Positions 13,336 to 27,300 of a DNA stretch of 64,000 bases are shown here, one piece after another. Position numbers and translations under genes: made by a program. Under the pieces are notes generated by a model, which was given only the letters and a program-made list of their open reading frames with translations, did not search any database and was not told the origin of the DNA. This stretch comes from Macrostomum lignano (taxonomy: Eukaryota), in NCBI GenBank assembly GCA_002269645.1, contig NIVC01002407.1, positions 1 to 64,000 on the forward strand, in the 5' to 3' direction. Positions within the stretch are counted from its first letter, which is position 1. The number at the start of each line of letters is the position of its first letter.

Positions 13336-13379
13336 AAAAAATTTTTTTAATTAAAACACTTTAAAACACAAAATGCTTA

Positions 13380-16300
13380 ACATAAAAGAAGCGCAATGTT
13401 AAATATAAAAGAGCCACCATGCCAAACATAAAAGTGTCACCATGTCGAACACAGAAGAGACACCATGTCAAACATAAGAGAGCCACCATTTCAAACATAA
13501 AAAAGCCACCATTTCGAACATTAAAGAGCCACCATATCAAACATCTACGTGACTCCATGTCGAACATTAAAGAGCCACCATGTCAAACATAAAAGAGCCA
13601 CCATGTCAAACATATACGTGGCTCCATGTCAAACATTAAACAGCTACCATGTTAAACATTATAGAGACACCATGTTAAACATAAGAGAGCCACCATGTCG
13701 AACATTAAAGAGTCACCATGTAAAACATAAAAGAGCCACCATGTCAAACATAAAAGATCCACCATGTCAAACATAAGAGAGCCACCATGTCAAACATAGA
13801 AGAGCCACCATTTCGAACATTTAAGTGTCACCCTGTCAAACATCGACGTGACTCCATGTCGAACATTAAAGAGTCACCATGTCAAACATAAAACAGCCAC
13901 CATGTTAAACATAAAAGAGGCACCATTTCGAACATTAAAGAGCCACCATGTCAAACATCTACGTGACTCCATGTCAAACATAAGACAGCCACCGTGTCAA
14001 ACATTAAAGATCCACCATGTCAATATTAAAGAACCATCAGGTCAAACATATACGTGACTCCATGTCAAACATAAGACAGCCACCGTGTCAAACATTAAAG
14101 ATCCACCATGTCAATATTAAAGAACCATCAGGTCAAACATATACGTGTCTCCATGACAAACATTAAAGAGTCATTATGTCAAGCATTAAAGGGCTACCAT
14201 GTCAAACATTAAAGAGCCACCATGTCAAACATAAGAGAGCCACCATGTCGAACTTTAAAGAGCCACCATGTCAAACGTAAAAGAACCACCATGTCGAACA
14301 TGAAAGAGCCGACATGTAGAACATAAAAAAGCCACCATGTCAAACATAAAAGAGCTACCATGTCTAACATTAAAGAACCACTTTTTCAAACATTAAAGAG
14401 CCACCATGTCGAACATTAAGGAGCTACCATGTCAAACATTTAAGAGCTACCATGTCAAACATAAAAGAGCCGACATGTAGAACATAAAAAGCCACCACGT
14501 CAAACATGAACGAAACACCATGTCAAACATAAAACAGCCACCATGTTAAACATAAAAGAGGCACCATTTCGAACATTAAAGAGCCACCATGTCAAACATC
14601 TACGTGACTCCATGTCAAACATAAGACAGCCACCGTGTCAAACATTAAAGATCCACCATGTCAATATTAAAGAACCATCAGGTCAAACATATACGTGACT
14701 CCATGTCAAACATAAGACAGCCACCGTGTCAAACATTAAAGATCCACCATGTCAATATTAAAGAACCATCAGGTCAAACATATACGTGTCTCCATGACAA
14801 ACATTAAAGAGTCATTATGTCAAGCATTAAAGGGCTACCATGTCAAACATTAAAGAGCCACCATGTCAAACATAAGAGAGCCACCATGTCGAACTTTAAA
14901 GAGCCACCATGTCAAACGTAAAAGAACCACCATGTCGAACATGAAAGAGCCGACATGTAGAACATAAAAAAGCCACCATGTCAAACATAAAAGAGCTACC
15001 ATGTCTAACATTAAAGAACCACTTTTTCAAACATTAAAGAGCCACCATGTCGAACATTAAGGAGCTACCATGTCAAACATTTAAGAGCTACCATGTCAAA
15101 CATAAAAGAGCCGACATGTAGAACATAAAAAGCCACCACGTCAAACATGAACGAAACACCATGTCAAACATCAAAGAGCCACCATGTCAAACATATACGT
15201 GACTTCATGTCAAACATTAAAGAGCCACCATGTCAAACATAAAAGAGCCACCATTTCGAACATTAAAGAGCCACCATGTCAAACATTGAAGAGCCACCAT
15301 GTCAAACATTAAAGAGCTACCATGTCAAACATAAAAGATCCACCATGTCAAACATAAGAGAGCCACCATGTCAAACATAGAAGAGCCACCATTTCGAACA
15401 TTTAAGTGTCACCCTGTCAAACATCGACGTGACTCCATGTCGAACATTAAAGAGTCACCATGTCAAACATAAAACAGCCACCATGTCAAACATAAAAGAG
15501 GCACCATTTCAAACATTAAAGAGCCACCATGTCAAACATCTACGTGACTCCATGTCAAACATAAGACAGCCACCGTGTCAAACAGTAAAGATCCACCATG
15601 TCAATATTAAAGAACCATCAGGTCAAACATATACGTGACTCCATGTCAAACATAAGACAGCCACCGTGTCAAACATTAAAGATCCACCATGTCAATATTA
15701 AAGAACCATCAGGTCAAACATATACGTGTCTCCATGACAAACATTAAAGAGTCATTATGTCAAGCATTAAAGGGCTACCATGTCAAACATTAAAGAGCCA
15801 CCATGTCAAACATAAGAGAGCCACCATGTCGAACTTTAAAGAGCCACCATGTCAAACGTAAAAGAACCACCATGTCGAACATAAAAGAGCCGACATGTAG
15901 AACATAAAAAAGCCACCATGTCAAACATAAAAGAGCTACCATGTCTAACATTAAAGAACCACTTTTTCAAACATTAAAGAGCCACCATGTCGAACATTAA
16001 GGAGCTACCATGTCAAACATTTAAGAGCTACCATGTCAAACATAAAAGAGCTGACATGTAGAACATAAAAAGCCACCACGTCAAACATGAACGAAACACC
16101 ATGTCAAACATCAAAGAGCCACCATGTCAAACATATACGTGACTTCATGTCAAACATTAAAGAGCCACCATGTCAAACATAAAAGAGCCACCATTTCGAA
16201 CATTAAAGAGCCACCATGTCAAACATTGAAGAGCCACCATGTCAAACATTAAAGAGCTACCATGTCAAACATAAAAGATCCACCATGTCAAACATAAGAG

Positions 16301-19300
16301 AGCCACCATGTCAAACATAGAAGAGCCACCATTTCGAACATTTAAGTGTCACCCTGTCAAACATCGACGTGACTCCATGTCGAACATTAAAGAGTCACCA
16401 TGTCAAACATAAAACAGCCACCATGTCAAACATAAAAGAGGCACCATTTCAAACATTAAAGAGCCACCATGTCAAACATCTACGTGACTCCATGTCAAAC
16501 ATAAGACAGCCACCGTGTCAAACAGTAAAGATCCACCATGTCAATATTAAAGAACCATCAGGTCAAACATATACGTGACTCCATGTCAAACATAAGACAG
16601 CCACCGTGTCAAACATTAAAGATCCACCATGTCAATATTAAAGAACCATCAGGTCAAACATATACGTGTCTCCATGACAAACATTAAAGAGTCATTATGT
16701 CAAGCATTAAAGGGCTACCATGTCAAACATTAAAGAGCCACCATGTCAAACATAAGAGAGCCACCATGTCGAACTTTAAAGAGCCACCATGTCAAACGTA
16801 AAAGAACCACCATGTCGAACATAAAAGAGCCGACATGTAGAACATAAAAAAGCCACCATGTCAAACATAAAAGAGCTACCATGTCTAACATTAAAGAACC
16901 ACTTTTTCAAACATTAAAGAGCCACCATGTCGAACATTAAGGAGCTACCATGTCAAACATTTAAGAGCTACCATGTCAAACATAAAAGAGCTGACATGTA
17001 GAACATAAAAAGCCACCACGTCAAACATGAACGAAACACCATGTCAAACATCAAAGAGCCACCATGTCAAACATATACGTGACTTCATGTCAAACATTAA
17101 AGAGCCACCATGTCAAACATAAAAGAGCCACCATTTCGAACATTAAAGAGCCACCATGTCAAACATTGAAGAGCCACCATGTCAAACATTAAAGAGCTAC
17201 CATGTCAAACATAAAAGATCCACCATGTCAAACATAAGAGAGCCACCATGTCAAACATAGAAGAGCCACCATTTCGAACATTTAAGTGTCACCCTGTCAA
17301 ACATCGACGTGACTCCATGTCGAACATTAAAGAGTCACCATGTCAAACATAAAATAGCCACCATGTTAAACATAAAAGAGGCACCATTTCAAACATTAAA
17401 GAGCCACCATGTCAAACATCTACGTGACTCCATGTCAAACATAAGACAGCCACCGTGTCAAACAGTAAAGATCCACCATGTCAATATTAAAGAACCATCA
17501 GGTCAAACATATACGTGACTCCATGTCAAACATAAGACAGCCACCGTGTCAAACATTAAAGATCCACCATGTCAATATTAAAGAACCATCAGGTCAAACA
17601 TATACGTGTCTCCATGACAAACATTAAAGAGTCATTATGTCAAGCATTAAAGGGCTACCATGTCAAACATTAAAGAGCCACCATGTCAAACATAAGAGAG
17701 CCACCATGTCGAACTTTAAAGAGCCACCATGTCAAACGTAAAAGAACCACCATGTCGAACATAAAAGAGCCGACATGTAGAACATAAAAAAGCCACCATG
17801 TCAAACATAAAAGAGCTACCATGTCTAACATTAAAGAACCACTTTTTCAAACATTAAAGAGCCACCATGTCGAACATTAAGGAGCTACCATGTCAAACAT
17901 TTAAGAGCTACCATGTCAAACATAAAAGAGCTGACATGTAGAACATAAAAAGCCACCACGTCAAACATGAACGAAACACCATGTCAAACATCAAAGAGCC
18001 ACCATGTCAAACATATACGTGACTTCATGTCAAACATTAAAGAGCCACCATGTCAAACATAAAAGAGCCACCATTTCGAACATTAAAGAGCCACCATGTC
18101 AAACATTGAAGAGCCACCATGTCAAACATTAAAGAGCTACCATGTCAAACATAAAAGATCCACCATGTCAAACATAAGAGAGCCACCATGTCAAACATAG
18201 AAGAGCCACCATTTCGAACATTTAAGTGTCACCCTGTCAAACATCGACGTGACTCCATGTCGAACATTAAAGAGTCACCATGTCAAACATAAAATAGCCA
18301 CCATGTTAAACATAAAAGAGGCACCATTTCAAACATTAAAGAGCCACCGTGTCAAACATCTACGTGACTCCATGTCAAACATAAGACAGCCACCGTGTCA
18401 AACATTAAAGATCCACCATGTCAATATGAAAGAACCATCAGGTCAAACATATACGTGACTCCATGTCAAACAAAAGACAGCCACCGTGTCAAACATTAAA
18501 GATCCACCATGTCAATATTAAAGAACCATCAGGTCAAACATATACGTGTCTCCATGACAAACATTAAAGAGTCATTATGTCAAGCATTAAAGGGCTACCA
18601 TGTCAAACATAAGAGAGCCACCATGTCAAACATAAGAGAGCCACCATGTCAAACATAAAAAAGCCACCATTTCGAACATTAAAGAGCCACCATATCAAAC
18701 ATCTACGCGACTCCATGTCGAACATTAAAGAGTCACCATGTCAAACATAAAAGAGCCACCATGTCAAACATAAAGGAGCCACCATGTCAAACATATACGT
18801 GACTCCATGTCAAACATTAAAGAGCCACCATGTCGAACATTAAAGAGTCACCATGTCAAACATAAAAGAGCCACCATGTCAAACATAAAGGAGCCACCAT
18901 GTCAAACATATACGTGACTTCATGTCAAACATTAAAGAGCCACCATGTCGAACATTAAAGAGCCACCATGTCAAACATAAGAGAGCCACCATGTCAAACA
19001 TAAGAGAGCCGCCATGTCAAACATTAAAAATCCACCATGTCAATATTAAAGAGCCATCAGGTCAAACATTAAAGAGCCACCATGTTAAACATAAAGGAGC
19101 CACTATGTCAAACATTAAAGAGCCACCATGTCGAATATTAAAGAGTCACCATGTCAAACATAAAAGAGCCACCATGTCAAACATAAAAGAGCCACCATGT
19201 CGAACTTTAAAGAGCCACCATGTCAAACATAAAAAAGCCACCATGTTAAACATTAAAGAGCCAGCATGCCAAACATTAAAGAACCACTTTGTCGAACATT

Positions 19301-19590
19301 AAAGAGCCACCATGTGGAACATTAAAGAGCTACCATGTCAAACATAAAGGAGCCACCATGTCAAACATTAAAGAGCCACCATGTCGAACTTTAAAGAGCC
19401 ACCATGTCAAACATAAAAAAGCCACCATGTTAAACATTAAAGAGCCAGAATGCCAAACATTAAAGAACCACTTTGTCGAACATTAAAGAGCCACCATGTG
19501 GAACATTAAAGAGCTACCATGTCAAACATTAAGGAGCCACCATGTCAAAACATTATTGAGCCACCATGCCAAACATAAAAAGAAGTGTCA
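13380..19590. repeat. 23-bp satellite (AAACATTAAAGAGCCACCATGTC) with a 940-bp higher-order repeat
   Basis: Monomer period 23 (ATGTC at 19151 and 19174). The same variant block recurs at 15429, 16369, 17309 and 18249 (exactly 940 apart), with a 641-bp partial duplication upstream (~13891/14532). Confidence 0.95.
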
Positions 19591-20589
19591 TACCAAACAA
19601 AATGGAACCACTATAAAGCTAAGGAAATTGTTGCACTAGCTACTTGTTCTCTTGTGGATGCTTGCTATTTAAGGATGGATACTTGCTATTGGGAGATGCT
19701 TGCTCTTCGGGGTAGAGGGAACTTGCTATCTGAGAGGGGGTTGCTAGATATCTATAAGGTCTCTTTGTATCCCAGTTTATGCTTGCTATCTGGGGTTGCA
19801 TGTGGTCTGGGGGATGCTTGCTATCTGGGGGATGCTTGCAGTCTTGGGGATGCTTGCTATTTGGGGATCGATGCTTGAGTGCTGTCTTGGAATGTTTTTA
19901 GAGGGAATGTCTATTGTTTTTTATGAAGGCTTTTATTTCCCTGTCCATTTATTATTTGTAAAGAAGGATTCTATCCAGATGTCCCCCATCGGGGGGCAAA
20001 GATTGCTAGTCCTATATACTATATACTAAAAATGAAATGCTTGGTTGCTTGCTTGTAATTGATTTTCTCCCGAACGGCTCAACCGATTTTCTTCAAACTT
20101 GCACCATTCGATCAGAAATTTTCCCGGGACGGTACATGCATATTGGCTAAGAAATTGCTCAATGTTAAAGGGATTAAATATTCGAAAAACATGATTTTTT
20201 GCAAAGGTCAAGCAGCTCTTTCGACCTGAAATGCATTGTAAGAATGCTAGAGAAAAAACTGACTGACTGAATTCCGATTGTGATAAAGATTGCATCACAA
20301 CAAGTTGAAAACAGTGCCGAACAAATGCACACAAAACTTGAATGAAATTGCGTAACCATATTGCCAACTTAAATTGAGACTGATTCTGGCTGACTGAGAA
20401 ATTGATTATGTCATAATTTTTTACTCCAATTGACTTGCTGTAAGAATTGAATTGGTTATAGGCTCGGCTAGGGTTCGATTCTGCACTGCGTCAAATTTCA
20501 GCCAGTAGTGATTGAAGATTATTTAAATTTATTTTTTTCATTCACTTCGTAAATAAAATATTATCTGACTTTGAATCATTGCAAAAATA

Positions 20590-20915
20590 GAGCTTGAATC
20601 AGACTAAACCAGAGTTTAAATCATGGCTAAACCAGAGTCTGAATCATGGCTAAACCAGAGTCTGAATCATGGCTAAAACCAGTGTTTGAATCATGGCTAA
20701 ACCATTGTTTGAATCATGGCTAAACCAGAGTTTAAGTCATGGCTAAACCATCGTTTGAATCATGACTAAACCAGAGTTTGAATCATGGCTAAACCAAAGT
20801 TTGAATCATGGCAAAACCAGAGTTTGAATCATGGCTAAACGAGAGTCTGACTCATGGCTAAACCAGAGTTTGAATCATGGCTAAACCAGAGTTTGAATCA
20901 TTGCAAAACCAGTTT
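20590..20915. repeat. 23-bp tandem repeat (GAATCATGGCTAAACCAGAGTTT), ~13-14 copies
   Basis: GAATC at 20641 and 20664; located just behind the head of Helitron unit 2. Confidence 0.9.
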
Positions 20916-21384
20916 TGTTAAAAGTGATACTGATTATCACTGATATTGATGATATCACTGATATCAGTGATACTGGTAACTCTGATAAGAATTTCACTAT
21001 GTCAAAAGTACATAGCTGTATCAACCCCACTGGCGAGACAGTCATAAATAGATTACATTCACAGTTTTTTTCACTGGCTGGCGCAGACCAGTGTACATTG
21101 TGAGCCCTCTGCCCCGGAATTTGGACACACGGGCCTGGAGAGCCCACACCCCAAATCATAGGTTTTTTAGATTTAGACCCCTTTCTTCTTTATCGATTTT
21201 TCAGTTTCTACCCTGCGTCTTAAGATAAGCTCCAATTCAGCCCACTGGATGATAAATAGCCTGTAATAGTTTGGCTCAAGGGCACCTTATCTGATTCTTC
21301 AGACATCCAAATTCACAAACTTTCATCTTTCAAACCATATCATTCTTTCTGAACTAATTTCATTTCACTTCTCATTTCTCAATC

Positions 21385-24300
21385 ATGGTTCGACGCGGCG
21401 CCAGCAGTTTAAAGAAGAGCCGCGATGCCAAGCGACGGCGACAGGCAGAATCCGAGGCAGAGCGGGATGCCCGACTGGAAGAACAGCGGCAGCGGGATGC
21501 TCAGCGCAGACATGCTGAGACTGAGGCAGAGCGGGATGCCCGACTGGAAGAACAGCGGCAGCGGGATGCTCAGCGCAGACATGCTGAGACTGAGGCAGAG
21601 CGAGCTGCCCGACTGGAAGAACAGCGGCAGCGGAATGCTCAGCGCAGAGATGCTGAGACTGAGGCAGAGTGGGCTGCCCGACTGGAAGAACAGCGGCAGC
21701 GGGACGCTCAGCGCAGAGAGGCTGAGACTGAGGCAGAGTGGGCTGCCCGACTGGAAGCCGATCGGATTCGTTGCCGTGGAGCTGTGGTTTCTAGGTGAGT
21801 TGTATAGTAACTTTTTATAACAAGTCTTTATTTTTGTTTTTTTCTGAATTGCCTTGAAGGGGATAATTTGTAGTATCTATTTTATTCTGTATAAATTAAG
21901 CGGATAACGATTTTTGAGGAATGAATTGTCTTAAAAAGCCAATTAAGGCTGCTGTGCTTACGTTCACCCATTGCCCCTTAGGTCGGACACCCAGCAGCAA
22001 GGTACAGAAACTATAGTACCCTTTGAGCAGTTGCAGGTAATCCCCATTGTTGGTGATGGCAATTGCTTTTTTTATGCTGTGTGTGATCAGCTGCGTGGAA
22101 CCCCGCTGGAAACTGACGCAGCCTCCCTGCGGCAGGACTTGTCTTGCCGTGTTGCAGAACTCATGCCACAGCTGATTGCAGATGGCCTCATTGCACCTGA
22201 GAGTGCTGATGAGATCGTGAATTCCTCTTTTCAAGCAGGAATTTATGTTTCAGATGAAGTTGCCTCTTTGTTGAGCCGCTGCTTTGATGTGGATCTGGTC
22301 ATTTACCAGGCCAATGGTAGTGTGATGCAATATTTCAGGGCTAATTTGCGCCCTCCTAATGCCATTGTGCGTGTGCTTTTGCGCCATGAACATTACGAGT
22401 CACTGAGACTTCGAGAGCTTTTGCAAGCCTTTACAGATGCTGAGTTCCCAAGCCTGGCAGCAAGCAGAACTCCTGCCAAGAGGGCCAAAAAGGCCAAGGG
22501 CCCCAGCGCGATGCCGGCGGAACATGAGACTGCGGGCCGCGCTGAAGACGGACCCGCTACTGCAAGGTAAACTGACACACAATGAACAGTTACATTTACA
22601 TTTAACAGTTACTAAGAGATACATTCCATTTTTATTATCAGGCCTGAGACGATGGCGAGGCCAGAAGCTCCAGCCCATGACTGCGGGCCAATGGACTGGG
22701 CATGCAACCATTGCGGTGCCAAGCTGTTCCGCATGGAGACAGGCAATTTCTGCTGTGCTGGCGGCAAGGTGAAGCTGCCCACCCGGACTGTGCCACAGCT
22801 GCTGGCTGACCTGTACATGGGCCGGCATGGCATGAGCTCAGAGTTCCTGACCAACATCCGGAGCTACAACTCTGTGCTGCACCTGACCTCGCTGAGTGCC
22901 AAGCCGCGGTTGGTGCCAGGCTGGAATCCCAGCTACATCATCAGCGGTCAGCTGCACCACACTGCTATGCCGCTGTTTGCTGAAGCGTCTGCTGTTCCTC
23001 GCGGCTGGCAGGTGTACTTCACTGACCGCGAACTCGAAAGCCAGCAGAGTCTGAGCGATAGGGTGAAGCCAGAGCTACATGAGCTGCTACAGACGTTGCT
23101 TCACGAGTGCAACCTTTACGTTCGGAGCCTGAAGGCTGCAGCACAGCGGATCATGGAGGATCCGGAGCTTGTGGATGCGCGAATCGTGATTCACCCGGAC
23201 CGAAGACCTTCTGGGGAACACATTCGGTGAGCTAACAATAACTGAAAAGGGATTCGAACACATTTTAAAACCTGTCTTTTAAAGCTTTGTGCCTGTGTAC
23301 ACAGGAATGTTTACCGTTGTAAAGAGTTTTGTTAAAAGCATTTGTTACTACCGTTCAAAATCAGGCGCTACAATTTGCCCACGGCAAACGAGGTCGGCAT
23401 CCTCATTGTTAAGGACACTGAGGACACTGAGGCCCCTGAAGACGGTGATGAGCCAGCAACTAGCCGAGATGTTGTCATTCAACTGCGGGGTGGCGGCTAC
23501 AAGAGGATTAGCAAAACGCACCGATCGTATGATGCACTGGAGTACGTGTTGCTGTTCCCCCATGGCGAGGACGGCTGGCACCCGGAGCTGCGCATGAGCA
23601 ATGGCCGCAAGCTGACGCCGATGAAGTACTATGCCAGCGAAATCATGGTGCGAGCGGGCCATAGCAGCCTGCTGCACCACGGACGGCGGCTGTTCCAGCA
23701 GTACCTGGTGGACATGTGCGCCAAGATTGAGTCAGAGAGGCTGCTCTATCTGCGGACCCATCAGAGCGATCTGCGCAGTGAGACGTACAGCGGTCTGCGA
23801 GACGCTCTATTCGCTGCTGATGGCAGGTCGACCGACACAAATCCGACTGATATTGGCAAGCCTGCGCACGTGTTCCTGTCCTCCAGCTTCGTTGGCGGGC
23901 CAAGGTACCTGATGGAGAGGCTGCAAGACGCCATGACCTATGTACAAAAGTTTGGCAAGCCGGACCTGTTTGTCACGGCGACGTGCAACCCTAAGTGGCC
24001 GGAAATCAGTGCACAGCTGCTGCCTGGACAGCGACCTGAGGACCGGCCGGATATTGTCACGCGTGTTTTCGAGCTGAAGAAGAAGGCTCTGCTTGCCGAG
24101 CTGAGGAAGCGCTTTGGAAAGGAGGCCGCGCATGTTTGCTCTCTGGAATATCAGAAGCGCGGTAAGTTAGCAAATTGCGCTTTCAATTTTCATTCTGTAA
24201 TTGCATTCCAGGTTTAGCAATCCATATTTTTATGCAAGGGGTCATTGCAAACCGGAATTAAGCTCTGGTTTAGCCATGATTCAAACTCCAGTTTCTCCAT

Positions 24301-27300
24301 GATTCAAACTCCGCTTTCTCTACGATGCAAACGCTGGTTTAGAATTTTAATTAATTTACATGACTAAATTGTGATCACTCATACGTCGCTTTGAATCACT
24401 TGTTTATGTCTTCCACAGGTCTCCCCCATGTGCACTTTCTGCTCTGGCTGGTCAGTGGACAGAGAGTGACTCCGGACCGCTACGACAAAATCGTGTCCGC
24501 TGAGATCCCGGACCCACAGCAGCAGCCGAGGCTGCACGAGCTGGTGAAGACTCACATGATCCATGGCCCCTGCGGCGTGGTAAATCCAGCCTGCCCGTGC
24601 ATGGTGGACGGCCAGTGCAGCAAGGGCTTCCCGAAGGAGTTCCAGCAGGCGACCCTAACCAGCGATACTGGCTACCCATTGTATCGCAGGCTGTCCCCTG
24701 AGATGGGCGGATTTACGGTGGACAAACTATTCAAAGGCCGCAGCATTCGCATGGACAACAGGTGAGTGAGGAGGTGTTGGTGTTTTTTCAGACTTGATTG
24801 AAAGGTTGATTCTTTAATACGAAAGCAAAGTACTTAGTTTAGCCTTGTGTTTAGTTTATTTATATTGCTAAATTGTTTATTTACTGTAAGTTTAATTTAC
24901 CATTGCTAGAATACATAAATCATTAATTAGCAATTCTTTTCCTGGCACAAATACAGGTCGGTTGTACCATACAACCCGGGCCTGCTGCTCCTTTTCGAAT
25001 GCCACATGAACTTTGAAGTTTGTGCCACCGTCAAGTCGGTCAAGTACGTGATCAAGTACTTGCTAAAAGGCGGCGACATGGCGTCGTTCAAGTTCGAGGC
25101 AAACAAGAAGCCGAGCGGGCCAGGAGAGCAGGCTGCGGATGGCGAACGACAGGAAGGTTCAGCTAGCAAGGCTCCGACTCAAGCCAAGAAGGAGGGGCGA
25201 AATGAGATCAAGGAGTATCTGCTGGCGCGCTACATAGGCCCAATGGAAGCCGTGAATACCATCTTGGGCTTTGAAGTAAGTCATAGATGTTTGCAAGGCA
25301 GTGCTAGGAGCAAAGAATGGGAAAATAATGATATGGTTTTTAAACTAAAACACAACAGGTGCACAACAGATTTCCGGCTGTGATCCGATTGTGCGTGCAC
25401 AAGTCTAACGAGCAGCTCGTGTATTTCAACGAGCAAAATGCGAGCACAAAGGCCAGGGCGCCCAGAGATTCGACGCTGACGGCTTTCTTCAAGCTGTGCC
25501 GCACTGATGAATTCGCTAGAGGCCTGGTGTACACCGAGGTGCCGTCCTACTTCGTGTGGCACCACAGCGAGAGGGAGTGGCGCCGCGCCAAGAAGGGTTC
25601 GAGAGTTGAGGGCCACCCTGGTGTTGTGCACAACACGAACATTGCCCGAATGTACACGGTGAGTCCGAGAGCAGGGGATCTGTTTTATATGCGAATGCTC
25701 CTCCTGCAGGTTAGAGGGCCAACCAGCTTCGAGGCGCTGCACACTGTGGACGGAGTGCTGTGTCCCAGCGCCAAGGCTGCTTGCACGGCCCTGGGTCTGC
25801 TGCAACGAGACGACCACTGGCGGCGCTGCCTAGCCGAGGCAGTCCAGTCGCGAATGCCGAGAGCTCTCAGGCACCTGCTGGCTGTCATTCTGATTTGGGG
25901 CAACCCTGAGGATGGCAGCGATCTGTGGTGCACATTCGCCGAGGATCTGTGCGAGGACCTGCGGTTTCACCACCGAGATCTGAGCGCTGAGGAAATCACC
26001 GACCTGGCGCTGCGCGAGCTGCAGAGCATGCTGACCTCCATGGGCGGTCACAGCCTGCCCGAGTACGGCTTGCCTGCGGCCTCCGTGCCGCTCAAGTCGG
26101 ACCGATGCAGTTCGACCCGGTTGAACAGGCCGAGATCCGGGAAGCGAGACTGTCAATGCTGACGGAGGAGCAGATTGCGGTGTACGAGTCGGTGACTGCG
26201 GATCTTGTGGCCGGCTCGGGCGGTTTGCACTTCCTGGACGCGCCCGCTGGCACTGGCAAGACCTTCCTGCTGGAGGTTTTGCTGGCCTTTGTGCGCAGCC
26301 GCGGTGAACTCGCCCTGGCAGTTGCGGCGTCTGGAATCGCAGCGACTCTGCTGCCAGGCGGACAGACTGCGCATTCCACGTAAGTTTTTTAGATTAGGGG
26401 AATGCTTCTGAATTTTAGAGTCGCGTTTCTAATCGATTCTACCTATGACAACTTCACTCTAGGTTCAAGATCCCAGTCCGGCTGCTCCGATCCAACAAGG
26501 ATGTCTGCGCTGTTGGCGCGCAGTCCAAGCAAGCGGAAGTGTTTCGTAGAGTTCGGCTGATTGTCTGGGACGAGATCTCCATGACCAATCGAAAGGATCT
26601 GGAATCCGTGGACAGGTGTCTGCGAGACGTTCGGAAGCAGGACAAGCCATTTGGAGGAGTCACTCTGGTGTGTTCCGGTGACTTCCGCCAGCTCCTGCCT
26701 GTCGTAGTGAATGGAACCCGCGCCAACAGCGTCATGGCGTGTGTCTGCAGATCTTCGCTGTGGAAACTTTTCAAGCGACATCGCTTGACGAGAAACATTC
26801 GTCTGCTGTGCAGCTCCGAGCCAGCGATGTACCAGAAGTTCACGGAGCTACTCATGCAGGTGAGAATGGGGTGTAAAAATCATTTTTTCTCGCGAATCAT
26901 TGCGAATATTATGTTTCATGTTTTTATTGCTTTTCTTTTCACAGATCGGAACCGGGACAATCGAGCAGGATGCTGAGGAGAAGGTGTCCCTTCCCGCTGA
27001 GATGGTGATTTCTGCAGAGGCTCCGCTGAATGACCTGATCAAGTTCGTGTACCCGTCGTTTGAAGAATCAGCGGAGCGGGACGACTATTTTGCAAGTCGA
27101 GCGATACTGGCGCCGTACAACGACTCTGTTGATGCCATCAACGAGACGTGTCTGGGCATTTTCCCGGGTTGCCTGCGAGAGTATCGCTCTGTAGACAGCC
27201 TGGCTGATGAGGAGGCCGCTACGCATTTCCCGACGGAGTTGCTAAACCAGCTGGATGCCCCGAATTTTCCAACTTATCTGCTCAGGATCAAGGTGGGCAT

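Larger units (their letters stand above)
12797..20009 (+). mobile_element. Non-autonomous Helitron (unit 1) carrying a ~6.2-kb satellite
   Basis: Begins A|TCCTATATACTAAAAATG. Ends with hairpin GTCCCCC-ATC-GGGGGGC (19981-19997), an 8-nt spacer and CTAG (20006-20009). TC start plus subterminal hairpin plus CTRR end is the established Helitron signature. Confidence 0.85.

Noticed and set aside
13361-19486. Many ORFs such as MTPCRTLKSHHVKHK and MSNIKEPPC
   Set aside because: Translations of the 23-bp satellite; no coding signal.
21425-21820. Alternative-frame ORF MPDWKNSGSGMLS repeats
   Set aside because: Shadow frame of the 69-bp STPR-like repeat; only the other frame splices in phase to the OTU exon.
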